In this document: positions 1 through 13,175 of the stretch, piece by piece
Layout: each line of letters opens with the position of its first letter
Numbering within the stretch: the stretch's first letter is position 1
Assembly (NCBI RefSeq): GCF_006345805.1
Contig: NW_021834955.1
Coordinates: 1-46,249, forward strand
DNA: 46,249 nucleotides
Direction of reading: 5' to 3'
Source: Octopus sinensis
Taxonomy: Eukaryota
Made by a program: the position numbers and the translations under genes
Notes under the pieces: generated by a model
Database searches by the model: none
Told to the model about the DNA's origin: nothing
The model's input: the letters and a program-made list of their open reading frames with translations, nothing else

Positions 1-173
1 TTTCCCAGTTATGGTAATAAAGTATATATGAAACGGTGATGTGGTCTTTGAAATGATCTCTACTTGAATGTTGTAACAAATATTTCATTCCTATATTTTC
101 AGTTTTTCTTGCTTCTGAAAAGTATACTTGTAACACCGCCAAAATTCAGCTTACCCGGGACACTAGCAACCCG

Positions 174-234
174 ATGTGTGTTTGTGTGTGTGTGTGTTGT
201 ATGTGTGTGTGTGTTGTGTGTGTGTGGCATGCGT

Positions 235-298
<64 letters not shown>

Positions 299-499
299 AT
301 ATATATGTACACGTGCATACTAATCTTTGTTTATGCATTGTGTATGTACGTACGCACGTATGTCTCTCTCTCTCTCTCTCTACATATGTATGGATGTACG
401 TGATTGTATATTTCGCAATTATTGAAATGAGTGGCGTTGCACTGCACGAGCGCAGACACATGCAGAGACACAGACAGACACACACACAGAAACACTCAG

Positions 500-574
<75 letters not shown>

Positions 575-724
575 TAGATTGATAGATATATAGATAGATA
601 TATATAGATATATATAGAGTACTTCAGGTTAAAAAATTACTGTAGGGCCCGCTCGAACGGACAGCCATGCTTAAGTGACAACGAATATTACTTATATATA
701 TGTGTGTGTGCGTGTGTGTGCGTG

Positions 725-759
<35 letters not shown>

Positions 760-900
760 GTGTTATATACATATGTGTCTGCGTATATATCTTATATAGA
801 TATACACGTATGTATGTGTATATTTATATATATATATATATATGTATGCATGTATGCATATGTATATACTTACGTATGTATATATGTGTGTATGTGTGTA
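174..900. repeat. Compound microsatellite block (TG)n/(TA)n/(CA)n/(AG)n
   Basis: Directly visible dinucleotide runs; they explain the VC/YI/HT ORFs. Confidence 0.95.
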
Positions 901-1611
901 TCTATGGTTGGATGTACGTGGTTGTCTTATGTTTGGCAATGTGTTGATATGAGTGGCGTTCCACAGCACGTGGCAGACTGTATGGTCTCAAGTCTGACCA
1001 CGCAGTGCACAGCCTCGTTCCGAAGTAGTAAGAAACATTTGTTTGATAGCATTTGCCGAAACACACCAATAGCTTCGAACAGCACAGTCAACGTCGATCG
1101 ATATTCACATTGGTATGATGCTGGAAGCAAACGTGGCTGGGAGTTGGAATAAGCAGAGGGGTAAGATAGAGATAGGAGCTAGAGTGGCTGGAGGCTATTT
1201 TGGAGGTGTTGTTGTTGATGTTGTCGCAGCTGTTGCTTTTGTTGTGATTGTTGTTGTTGCTGTTGTTGTTATTGTTGTTGTTAATGGTGTTGGTCGGGGT
1301 GGTGGTGGTGGTGGGTGCTATGTGGCTGAGGTGGCAGAAAATGTGGTAGTTTTTATTGATTTTATAAAGTGTACAGAAATGGCGTGTTTGTTTTTGGTAG
1401 CTGTTGTTTGTCTTTACATATAAAAAATACTTTGTTGTAGCAACTTAAATAAAATAAAAACTAAAAAAAAACCATCATATCCAAACACAAATACATACAT
1501 ATACAAAAGTAACTCATTCGCAAGTACATACATATATGTCTACATTTGTGGGAGTATGCATAACCATTATACACTTCCATGCATAAATACACGTACATAC
1601 ATACATTTATA

Positions 1612-1657
<46 letters not shown>

Positions 1658-1839
1658 GCGTGGAGTACATACACATAGATAATACACACACCACCACACA
1701 CACACACACACACACACACAAATATATATATATATATATTATATATTATATATATATATGTATGTATATATACGTACACATATGTTTCTCCATTTGCATA
1801 TATACATATATATCCCTACAACATATGTGAGTATGTATG

Positions 1840-1873
<34 letters not shown>

Positions 1874-1941
1874 ATATATATAATTATATACATACATACA
1901 TACATACATACATACATACATTATAACACACACCACACATA

Positions 1942-4665
1942 CATATATATATATATATATTGTTATATTCTACTGCGTTTAAATAAAATATGTATATATA
2001 TATATGCTTATGTATATTATATATATATGCTTATGTATATATTATATATGCTTATGTATATATATATATATATGCTTATGTATATATATATATGCTTATG
2101 TATGCACATACACAGACACATGTTTGGAGAGAGAGAGTTTGTGTGGGTGAGAAAGAGATTGAGGAAAGAGAGAAACATTCAGACAGAAAGCTAGACAGGA
2201 AAAGTATATGGCATCATATGGTTACATACGAATACACATGTGTGTGCGTGTGTGTTCGTGTATGTGCATGTGAGTTCGTGCGTACGTGTATGTGTGAGTG
2301 TATCTCCTAAATTGGTTTTTGTCATTACTGTTTGTTTAAAATATCGACCTGTCCAGGGGCAATTTTCGAAAGGGAGGAAAGAATAATAAAAGAATATTTG
2401 GTCTCCTAGCTGTCGTAAAATGCTCTACTACAATTACTCGCCGTTTAAATCTCAACATCTTGAAACAATTTCATCTAATTACATCATCACTTGGGCGAGA
2501 TAGAAGATAATTTTTCTAGATCTTGGTCTTTACAGAGCGTCAGAGACTAGATAAGGCATAAAGGGATGTCTCTTTAGATAAGAGAAGTAGACACAATGCT
2601 ACATAAGGCGGGAACCCTCCAAGCGTTACTTAAAAGCTGAGATATAGTTAGTGGTCATCTTGGCAGTAGATCGCCCAACAAAATAACCAATCCACCAGAC
2701 TAACGTCTGACTTTCTCTCACTAGATTTCGGGACAACCTGTATCTATAGCAGAATACATGCAATGCGACCGAAAACGAACGTGCTAAACGTGAAGAAAGC
2801 CCTTTAACTACTGGGCTATGTATTTGTCTAAATTCTTTCATGTGTTGATGGGAAAATCAATCAATTATAAGGGAGATCGTTTCTTTACGAATTTATGCTA
2901 ATGGATTCATTGTTTTTGACATGTTGGCAACATTGCCTACTGCTCGGAATATGACTGCCATATAAATATATACATAAACGGAGATTCATAATGAGTTTTG
3001 ATTCGTGAAACAGTAAATATCACCTTAACGTGTCATACTCGCTTCTTCCTTATGTCGGCATGCTTGTATGTAGTTAGTTTGCCATATACACACAAACATA
3101 TAAACACATATAAACACACAAACACTTATATGCACACGTATATAAGCATGCATTCACATACACACACATTCACACAGATTCAGACACACATACACATGCA
3201 CACACGTATTTGTGTACGTACCTATGTTTGTGTATATATAAATGCATACAAATATTTCTACACACACGTGTGTACATGCACACATATAGACAAATCTACT
3301 CGCATATATATATATATATATTGTTATATTCTACTGCGTTTAAATAAAATATGTATATATATATATGCTTATGTATATTATATATATATGCTTATGTATA
3401 TATTATATATGCTTATGTATATATATATATATATGCTTATGTATATATATATATGCTTATGTATGCACATACACAGACACATGTTTGGAGAGAGAGAGTT
3501 TGTGTGGGTGAGAAAGAGATTGAGGAAAGAGAGAAACATTCAGACAGAAAGCTAGACAGGAAAAGTATATGGCATCATATGGTTACATACGAATACACAT
3601 GTGTGTGCGTGTGTGTTCGTGTATGTGCATGTGAGTTCGTGCGTACGTGTATGTGTGAGTGTATCTCCTAAATTGGTTTTTGTCATTACTGTTTGTTTAA
3701 AATATCGACCTGTCCAGGGGCAATTTTCGAAAGGGAGGAAAGAATAATAAAAGAATATTTGGTCTCCTAGCTGTCGTAAAATGCTCTACTACAATTACTC
3801 GCCGTTTAAATCTCAACATCTTGAAACAATTTCATCTAATTACATCATCACTTGGGCGAGATAGAAGATAATTTTTCTAGATCTTGGTCTTTACAGAGCG
3901 TCAGAGACTAGATAAGGCATAAAGGGATGTCTCTTTAGATAAGAGAAGTAGACACAATGCTACATAAGGCGGGAACCCTCCAAGCGTTACTTAAAAGCTG
4001 AGATATAGTTAGTGGTCATCTTGGCAGTAGATCGCCCAACAAAATAACCAATCCACCAGACTAACGTCTGACTTTCTCTCACTAGATTTCGGGACAACCT
4101 GTATCTATAGCAGAATACATGCAATGCGACCGAAAACGAACGTGCTAAACGTGAAGAAAGCCCTTTAACTACTGGGCTATGTATTTGTCTAAATTCTTTC
4201 ATGTTGATGAGGAAAATCAATCAATTATAAAGGGAGATCGTTTCTTTACGAATTTATGCTAATGGATTCATTGTTTTTGACATGTTGGCAACATTGCCTA
4301 CTGCTCGGAATATGACTGCCATATAAATATATACATAAACGGAGATTCATAATGAGTTTTGATTCGTGAAACAGTAAATATCACCTTAACGTGTCATACT
4401 CGCTTCTTCCTTATGTCGGCATGCTTGTATGTAGTTAGTTTGCCATATACACACAAACATATAACACATATAACACACAAACACTTATATGCACACGTAT
4501 ATAAGCATGCATTCACATACACACACATTCACACAGATTCAGACACACATACACATGCACACACGTATTTGTGTACGTACCTATGTTTGTGTATATATAA
4601 ATGCATACAATATTTCTACACACACGTGTGTACATGCACAATATAGAGACCAATCTACTCGCATA
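1942..4665. repeat. Near-identical tandem duplication, unit 1361 bp (1942-3302 and 3303-~4665)
   Basis: Identical ORFs at 1990 and 3351, and matching ORF starts at 2998 and 4359, both with offset 1361. Only a few small indels or substitutions; the junction lies in a (TA)n run. Confidence 0.95.
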
Positions 4666-5980
4666 TATATATCTATATAATATATATATATATATATATA
4701 TAGATATATATATATATATATATACAAATACATACATACATACATATACATCACAAGCTAACACACACTGTATGAATATATGTGTGAGCTGGAGAGTATG
4801 TGTTTGTGTGTATTTATAGTTTTAAATTAGCAGCTGATATTTCCCAAATTAAACAAAATAGCTTCACATTTCCGATTTTGTAAAACATATACATAAGACT
4901 AGGAATGATAAAGCCAGTTAGTTTTAATGTGTGAACTCTCAGCTTTTATATAGAATGTATTAAATCTGCAACTTGCTTTGAATTCTTTTCATTTTGTAAT
5001 TTGTAGACACTAATATTTACCTATGGACCCGCACGCACACACATACATATGTGTATATATATAAATATATATATGTCTACACGCATACGTATCTGTTTTT
5101 CTATGTATGTTTGTTTGTATGAATGTATGTATCTATCTATCTATCCATCTAGCTAGCTAGCTTGATATCCCTCTATCATCAATCTGTCTATCTGTACATG
5201 TGTTCGTGTCAATGTGTGTGTGTGTGTGTGCGCGCGTATTTGTAATGTGTGTGTGTTTGTATGTAAATATGTTTGTTTGTAGGTAGAAACAAGCAGAGAG
5301 ACAAACAGAAAGATAGAAAAAGAGATTGAGAAAGAAAGAGATAGAAAAAGATGGAGAGAGAGAGAGAGAAAATAGATTGGCTTACTTAAAGTTTCGTGCT
5401 TCATCGACAGATGTGTGGAGCCAGGGTAAACAGAACTTTAAAAAAAATAAAATGGTTTCTTGTTGAGAATACTTAGATCACAATTGATCAGTCCATGTCG
5501 CGTGAATGCTTTCGCTAACTAGCGACAACGGCTTTTCCGCCCTCAAAATGACGGCAACACTGAAGGAAGTAACGAAAAACTGTTGTCGCTGCCTGGCTAA
5601 AGCTCATATGCAATCTAACGTGTACAATGGACGCTTATGCTTCCTCACATACAAGTCTTTTAAGAATATATATTAAATTCTCACCGACCTGAATCTGAAT
5701 ATTTGATTGTATGGAAGCGTTAGGCGACCTCGAAACTTTAAGATATGTCGGACTGAGTTAGATTACAATTCAAAACAAATGTATTGTGTGCTACTTTCCT
5801 TTGTTCGACTACTCCCCGTAGGCAGAACAAAATACATACTAGACTTTAAAATAATAAGTACTTACGTCGATTTGATCCACTAAACTCTTTTAGACGGTGT
5901 CCAGCGACGTCCGAGTAATTGAATAAAATACAAAATAGCTCTATATTTTTACATTTAAAGCATACTTCTTTTTTTTTTTT

Positions 5981-6364
5981 TAGCTGGTTACCAGCCACAT
6001 GGTTCTGGGATCATTTCCCACTGCGTGGCACCTTGGGCAAGTGTCTTCTACTATAGCCTCGGGCCGACCAAAGCCTATGTGAGTGGATTTGGTAGACGGA
6101 AACTGAAAGAAGCCCGTCGTATATATATGTATATATATATGTATGCTTGTGTATATGTTTGTATGTGCTTGTTTGTCCCCCCCCCACATCGCTTGACAGC
6201 CGATGGTGGTGTGTTTACGCATCCGTAACTTAGCGGTTCGGCAAAAGAGACCGATAGAATAAGTACTAGGCTTCCAAAGAATAAGTCCTGGGGTCGATTT
6301 CCTCGACTAAACGCGGTGCTCCAGCATGGCCACAGCTACATGACTGAAATAAGTAAAAGAGTAA
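5981..6364 (+). mobile_element. SINE family A (tRNA-derived, CORE-like), 5'-truncated
   Basis: GTGGCACCTTGGGCAAGTGTCTTCTACTATAGCCTCGGG core, internal TA/TG tract, TGACTGAAATAAGTAAAAGAG tail; matches about 10 other copies in the window. Confidence 0.9.
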
Positions 6365-6687
6365 TCTAATAACATGCAAAAAGAGACGATGTCGAAAGAT
6401 CAAACAGTAAATGCTTTGAAGATGCGAAACATTTGACCTTGAAAGACGATTTGTAAGCGATTCATCATTAATAGCAGCCGAATTTTCATTAAATCATGTT
6501 CTTTTGTTGTGAAGAAGGGAAAGAACATATTGAATGATATATTTCTTGCTTCCCCTTAAGGGTAGGATAAGAGATTGATCATGGCTGAAAGTATTCTCCA
6601 ATTTTTATTTATGAGTATTTGCAGACTTCACAAGTTATGCAAAGTGGTAGTGTTTATTCTGTGACAAAGAATGCTTGCACACCGAAA

Positions 6688-6688
<1 letters not shown>

Positions 6689-6734
<46 letters not shown>

Positions 6735-6810
6735 TAATAATAATAATAACGATAATAATAATAACAATAATAATAATGATAATAATAATAATAATAACAA
6801 TAATAATAAT
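6689..6810. repeat. (AAT)n microsatellite at a SINE B tail
   Basis: Direct observation. Confidence 0.95.
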
Positions 6811-7015
6811 CCTTTCTACTATAGGCACAAGGCCTGACATTTTGGGGGAGGGGTTAAGTCGATTACATCGACCCCAGTACTCAAATCATACTTAAATTAT
6901 CGACCATGAAAGACAAAGTCGACCTCGGCAGAATTTGAATTCAGAACGTACAGACAAATGAAATATCACCTAGCGTTTCACATGGCGTGCTAACGATTCT
7001 GCCAACTTTCCGCCT
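6810..7015 (-). mobile_element. SINE family B copy
   Basis: Reverse complement of the GGCGGTGAGCTGGCAGAA...GAGTTCAAATTCCGCCGAGGTCGACTTTGCC family. Confidence 0.85.
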
Positions 7016-7783
7016 TAAGAATAATGATAATAATGATTAGTTCAAGTATCTAAAATTTTGCTGCATAGAGGAAATTATAGTCCACGTTAATATAGTGAGC
7101 TCACACTACAAAACGTATATGCGTTAGCACACGCACCCAGCTTATAAAGAGTACGACTTAGAACATGTCGGACACATGTATAGTCGATCAGAGCTGATTT
7201 AGGAACCACAACAATTCAAGCCAAAAATGGATGTTCGACGCGGTCATCGAACTTTATATATTTATCTAAATTTATGCTTGTATCTACATACACGCGCGCG
7301 CACGCATGTATTTCGAGAGAGAGAGAGGGGAGGAGGAGGGGAGGTGCAGAGAAAGAGAAAGATAATGTAGGAGAGAGCGAGAGAGAAAGTGGGGGAGAGA
7401 AAGAGAGATTTAATATTAACACTGAACATATAGATTAATTGAGAAGCAGATAGCTTGCGTTTGTGTGTATGTGTGTGCATGTGTGTGTGTGTGTGTATGT
7501 ATGAATGTGTGTGTGTGTATATGTGTGTGTGTTTATAAGTGCATTTCTTTACCATTTCACTAGTTCAAGCCAGCAGACTGTGACCAAGCCAGACCCGCCA
7601 GCTATTCGTTTTCCTATACAAGTGTCTGCCCATTCGCCTGACTATCCCTGTTTTTTCAATAGATTAGTATTCCTATCAGTTTAGCATTCGTCTGATATGG
7701 TTGTTGTATCTAAAAGATGCTGCTATAAATAGACGTGGGAAGATTTCAAGTGGAGTGAAGTATTACGAAAAACACAGACATAC

Positions 7784-8013
7784 GTGTTTGTACGAAATAT
7801 TTTATCATTCATTCCGAAAACTAAACTGATAAATCTCAACCCAGTCCAACCCCTTCTGTTATAATTCCGATATTTATCTGAAGAAACGTCATAGATTGAA
7901 GAATCCGTAGGAATGATGCGGCAACATAGCAATAGATACAGTCTGAAACATCTTAATCGTCTGCTATTATCAGTAAAAAATCTTTCATTTATAGACACGA
8001 CAGAGAAAAACAT
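7784..8013 (-). other. Candidate 230-nt spliced exon (possibly UTR) of a minus-strand gene
   Basis: Minus strand reads ctttcctttatttctgttttcgtgtttttCAG|ATG at 8014/8013, with donor CAC|GTATGT at 7784/7783. The sequence is non-repetitive and one frame is open, but the peptide is unrecognised. Confidence 0.35.
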
Positions 8014-8758
8014 CTGAAAAACACGAAAACAGAAATAAAGGAAAGTAACAATGACGTCTTCTCAATTAACAAATTAACCGAGAAATAAGTTGACTAATGG
8101 ACTCGTTTTGGTCAATATGGTTGAATGGCTGTATTTAGATAGTGATATGTAGGTTGTTACTACTGTTCTTGTTGCTCTTTAGAGTCAAGTCACCCTTGAT
8201 CGATAGAATCGATCTATGACCATAGACGATTTTGGGCCGTTGGATAACCTATCTTTTACGAACGTTCAGTAATATGCCTCGAGGTTTATATGCCTGATAG
8301 GAAAAGATGGTATGGTCGCAGTTGGTATGCTGTTGGTAAACCGTTACTCTTTAATCAGTACCTAGCACTTCCCATTATTCTTCAAATAATTCAGACTGCC
8401 TATTATCTCTTTTGTGCATGGAATATCAGTATTACGTGATGTGCTCTCTGGAAAACGTAATTTTACAAAACATACACTTAAAAGTGTGGCAGGACGAAGC
8501 AAAATAGACAGGGAAGGAATCAATGGAAACACCCCTCAAAATAAAAATTATTGCGACCAATATATATCTCTGCAAAATTTCATGAAAAAGTAGGCGCAGG
8601 TATGGCTGTGTGGTATGAAGTTTGCTTCCCAACAATATGGTCCTGCATTCAGTTACACTAAGTAAGACTTCGTGCAAGTGTCTTCTACTGTAGCCTCGGG
8701 CTGACCAAGCCTTGTGAGTGGATTTGGTAGACGGAACTGAAAGAAGCCTGTCGTATAT

Positions 8759-8827
<69 letters not shown>

Positions 8828-8828
8828 A

Positions 8829-9140
8829 TAGTTATCGCCATACTAATATGGCATTCTTATAAAAATAAGAAAAAAGCTGTCCGCTTATTAGCTCCATGAG
8901 GCCATCGCCTTAAGTTAGCTATTTGATACACAAACTGTATCCATATAACCTTCGAACAAGGGAGGTCAGTCGCTCCACACTACTTGACCGGCAGCTACAG
9001 ACGCGTTTCGGGGTATTGCCCCTTTTTCAATGCAGCGTAGCCAGCCAGTAGGTGTCGCTTCCGACAATCTCTGTTCGATGGTTTTATTTACCTAGTTTCG
9101 GTGGAATACATCCACTTGTTTTCAATAATATTTCTATTAT
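8829..9140 (-). mobile_element. Non-coding Penelope-like (pLTR) insert, family P1, copy 1
   Basis: Homologous to 27045-27500, flanked by (TA)n, and carries two hammerhead-like motifs. Confidence 0.7.
8994..9036 (-). ncRNA. Type I hammerhead-like motif, U3-A8 core variant
   Basis: GCUGCA-UUGAAAA-A-GGGG caaua CCCC-GAAA-CGCG-UC-UGUAGC. Confidence 0.6.
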
Positions 9141-9239
9141 ATATATAATATATATATATAAATATATATATATTATATATATATATATATATATGTATAT
9201 ACAATATATATATATATAATATATATATATAATATATAT

Positions 9240-9272
<33 letters not shown>

Positions 9273-9799
9273 TACATATATATATATACATATAATATAT
9301 ATATGTATATACGCACATATATATATGTATGTATGCATGTATGTATGTGTTTATGCGCTTGTTTTTGTCATTCCACTATCGCTTGACAACCGATGTTAGT
9401 ATGTGTACGTCCCCGTAACTTAGCGGTTCTGCAAAAAGTGCCTATAGAATAAGTACTATTCATTATATAGAATAAGTCCGGTGGGGGGGGGCGATTCCCT
9501 CGACTAAAAACCTTTCAAGGCGATACTCCAGCATGGCTACAGTCAAATGACTGAAACAAGTAAAAGAATAAAAGAAGATGAAAGAATTAATCAAGAAGAA
9601 AGCTTCAGGGGAAGAGTAATAGCTTGTAGATTTGTCTAGGCTTCTTGGATGTAAAAATCAACACCAATTTAAAGAAATACTGTAATAGTTTTCTTTTAAT
9701 TGAAAAATGTGAAAGTCTTTAGGTGAAATATATTTATCAACAGTGTCTATCCATTGTTCTGAATGGACGCCAGAATTTGGTGATGATGATGATGATAAT

Positions 9800-10008
9800 A
9801 ACGGTTTCAAATTGTAGCGCAAGACCAGCAATTTCTACCCCAGTGCTCAACCGGTACTTATTTCATCCAACCCGAAAGGACGAAAAGCAAATCGACCTTG
9901 GCGAAATTTTAACTCACAAAGTAAAGACGGACGAAATGCCGATAACCATTCTGTCCGGTGTACTAACAACTCTGCCAGATCCCCTCCTAAATAATAATAA
10001 TAATAATG

Positions 10009-10077
<69 letters not shown>

Positions 10078-10298
10078 GTAATAATAGTGATTTCAAATTT
10101 TTGCCACAAGGGCAGCTTGAGTGAGGAAATTAAGTCGATTTCATCGACCCCAGTGCGTAACTGGTACTTATTTAATCGACCCCGAAAGGATGAAAGGCAA
10201 AGTCGACCTCGGCGGAATTTGAACAAAGAACGTAGCGGCAGACGAAATACCGCTAAGTATTTCGCCCGGCGTGCTAACGATTCTGCCAGATCACCACC
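9800..10298 (-). mobile_element. Two SINE family B copies (about 9800-9988 and 10090-10298) separated by (AAT)n
   Basis: Reverse-complement matches to family B. Confidence 0.85.
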
Positions 10299-10354
10299 TT
10301 AATAATTATAAGGATGATGATGATGATGATGATGATAATATTAATAATAATAAT

Positions 10355-10410
<56 letters not shown>

Positions 10411-10515
10411 TAATAATAATAATAATGATAATGATAATAATGTTGATGATGATGGTGGTGGTGATGTTGGTGGTGGTGGTGGTGGCGGTCGTCGTCGTGG
10501 CAGCGGCAGTGATGA
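10299..10515. repeat. (GAT)n/(AAT)n/(GGT)n trinucleotide block
   Basis: Direct observation. Confidence 0.9.
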
Positions 10516-10827
10516 TTTAGTTGTTATGCAGGAAAAATATAGCTTTATCGGTCAATAAAAGACAAAATTATATTAGAGTGATGGACAGCATAATGGGTTA
10601 ATGTTTCCCTGTCGCTAATAAAATTCCCCTTACATGTGAAGGTGTGTGTTTCGTTATTGTTGTTATTATTCGTTGTTGCTCAGTGTTTGATTAAGCGTGT
10701 GAGGGAATGTGATTGACGAAGAGAATGGTGTGGGGTGGGGGGGGGGCAGGAATTAGAAAGATAAAACTGAGAGGGGGTAGGTAGGTAGGTAGGTAGGTAG
10801 GTAGGTAGGTAGGTAGGTAGGTAGGTA

Positions 10828-11242
10828 GGCGGTGAGCTGGTAGAAATGTTAGCACGCCGGGCGAAATGCTTAGCGGTATTTCGTCTGCCGTTACGTTCTG
10901 AGTTCAAATTCCGCCGAGGTCGACTTTGCCTTTCATCCTTTCGGGGTCGATAAATTAAGTACCAGTTACGCACTGGGGTCGATGTAATCGACTTAATACC
11001 TATGTCTGTCCTTGTTTGTCCCCTCTGTGTTTAACCCCTTGTGGGTAATAAAGAAATAGGTATTTCGTCTGCGTTACGTTGTGAGTTCAAATTCCGCCGA
11101 GGTCGACTTTGCCTTTCATCCTTTCGGGGTCGATAAATTAAGTACCAGTTACGCACTGGGGTCGATGTAATCGACTTAATACCTATGTCTGTCCTTGTTT
11201 GTCCCCTCTGTGTTTAGCTCCCTTGTGGGTAATAAATAAATA
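10828..11242 (+). mobile_element. SINE family B with a 184-bp internal unit repeated twice, inside (TAGG)n
   Basis: Head GGCGGTGAGCTGG, B box GAGTTCAAATTC; units start at 10875 and 11059. Confidence 0.9.
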
Positions 11243-11597
11243 GGTAGGTAGGTAGTAGGTAGGTAGGTAGGTAGAGAGCAAGTATGGTTCTACGGTCTCT
11301 AAATCACTTTTCGTAAGCGTGAATATTGTAGTGGATGAACATGGTAGGTATGTTATGAATGCCTACCATAAGTAGGAAGCGACATATTTAATCAATAAAT
11401 TAGAAAACACAGCACAATAGATTGAAAATCCGAGTTGCGTTGTTTTTTTTGTCATATATTAAGCAAACAAAGCGGCAGACATAAATTTAGGCTTTGTGTT
11501 GGAAGCAACAGGAACATTATACCTGGTGTGGTGACTGTGGTTAGCTGAACATTAAATTTAAATCCATCCATCCACCCACCCACCCACTCATCCGTAA

Positions 11598-11903
11598 GTG
11601 GAGGCACATGGCCCAGTGGTTAGAGCAGCGAACTCGCGGTCTAGCGATCGTGGGTTCGAATCTCAGACCGAACGATGTGTGTGTTTATGAGCGGGAACAC
11701 ACCTAAGCTCCACGCGGCTCCGGCAGAAGGTAATGGCGAAACTTCTGCTGACTCTCTCTCTCACCACAACTTTCTCTCACTCTTTCCTCTTGCACCTTGC
11801 AGCTCACCTGCGATGGACCGGCGTCCCGTCCAGGTGGGGAACCTATACGCCAAGAAACCGGCCCCTATGAGCCAGGCATGGCTCGAGAAGGAGCAAACAA
11901 CAA
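11598..11903 (+). mobile_element. SINE family C (tRNA-like head), tail type 1
   Basis: A box TGGCCCAGTGG, B box GGTTCGAATCTC; near copy at 15542-15848; (AAC)n tail. Confidence 0.9.
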
Positions 11904-11934
11904 CTCATCCGTATGTATGTGTGTGTGTATTTTT

Positions 11935-12170
11935 CAGCCTAGTCCTTACTCTATCTTTCTCTTTTGCGGAACCACTAAGTTACGGAGACGAAGACACCAG
12001 TTGTCAAGTGGCGATGGTAAGAGTAACAAACACAGATACACACACACAAACACACACACACACACACACACACATGTTTATACGACGTGCTTCTTTCAGT
12101 TTCCGTCTAACAAATCCACTCACGATGATTTGGTCGGTCCGAGGCTATAGAGCAAAACACTTGCGCAAGG
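11935..12170 (-). mobile_element. SINE family A internal fragment
   Basis: CTTTCAGTTTCCGTCTAACAAATCCACTCAC and flanking family motifs. Confidence 0.8.
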
Positions 12171-12399
12171 GAATAGTCTCTAACGAAGTGCTTATTTACA
12201 TTTGTGTCCTCTGCACCATTGAACATGTCGTCGTCGGCTGTAAAATCTCCGCTCTGTCAACAAAACTCCGTCACCTGCTCTGACCAATTTTCCTCCGCCT
12301 GCCACACATCTATTCCTCCTGCAAGAGTCTGCCGAACCAGATATAACATTTTAATGGGTTATAGTTGACACAGGGAACGTAGAAGACTTCAATACAAGG

Positions 12400-12459
12400 C
12401 AAGAGGTGGGCTTAACTTCAACACAGAAAACACGAGCAACGCCAGGTCCAACAGTCCTA

Positions 12460-12460
<1 letters not shown>
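12400..12460 (+). mobile_element. Possible Helitron 3' terminus
   Basis: CGAGCAACGCCAGG (decayed GC hairpin motif) followed shortly by CTAG|T. Confidence 0.4.
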
Positions 12461-12503
<43 letters not shown>

Positions 12504-12624
12504 ACAGCTGTAAGACCTTCTATCTATAAATGCTCTAATATCTATACAGCCTTGGTTTTTTTTATCTCATTACGCAAAAAATTCATATATATATATATAT
12601 AATATTATATATATATATAATTTG

Positions 12625-13121
12625 AAATTACCTATACGATTTTATTTCATGCTGACTACCTGATATAATTATTAACGTGAATTTATCCTTCAGTTCTATT
12701 ACAAATAAACAATATAATATTTTTACTCCTGATCACAATCGCATTTCCTGCGAGGCTGTTTTAATAATATACTCGTGGCTGAGATGAAAAAAAAATTATT
12801 TGTATTTATATTCCCGTGTAGTGTGTTGACGAAGGAAAGTCTTTTATGTCTTTAATCCAGAAATTGCAATCAATTCACAATTAACGTGAAATCGCTTCCA
12901 GTATGTTTCCATTTGCCTGACTACAACCTGTGTTTTTGGAGTTATTCGGTAGCTTCTTAGTGCCTTTGGCATTTATTTCAAGCACGTAGGAGACAGGTCG
13001 TTCCGCCCTGCTCCCTTGATATAGTTATATAGTTATTAATTTAATATACAAATTACCTGATATTTTTTTTTCATGCTGACTAGCTGATATAATCATTAAC
13101 GTGATTTTATCCTTCACTTCT
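12625..13121 (+). mobile_element. Non-coding Penelope-like insert P2 with ~72-bp terminal direct repeats (period 425)
   Basis: 12625-12697 matches 13050-13121; flanked by (TA)n and (TATG)n; hammerhead-like motif at 12820-12878. Confidence 0.6.
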
Positions 13122-13139
13122 CTTATGTATATATATATG

Positions 13140-13175
<36 letters not shown>

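Larger units (their letters stand above)
8593..9573 (+). mobile_element. SINE family A interrupted inside its (TA)n tract by a Penelope-like insert
   Basis: Head GGCGCAGGTATGGCTGTGTGG at 8593; the 3' half resumes near 9350 and ends AAGTAAAAGAATAAAA. Confidence 0.85.

Noticed and set aside
700-1423. ORFs 700-1152, 927-1130 and 1115-1423 as coding exons
   Set aside because: No recognisable domain; they start in or consist of low-complexity repeats.
11598-11670. tRNA genes at SINE heads (also 14552, 15286, 15542, 33088)
   Set aside because: A and B boxes are present, but there is no complete cloverleaf and each continues into a SINE body.
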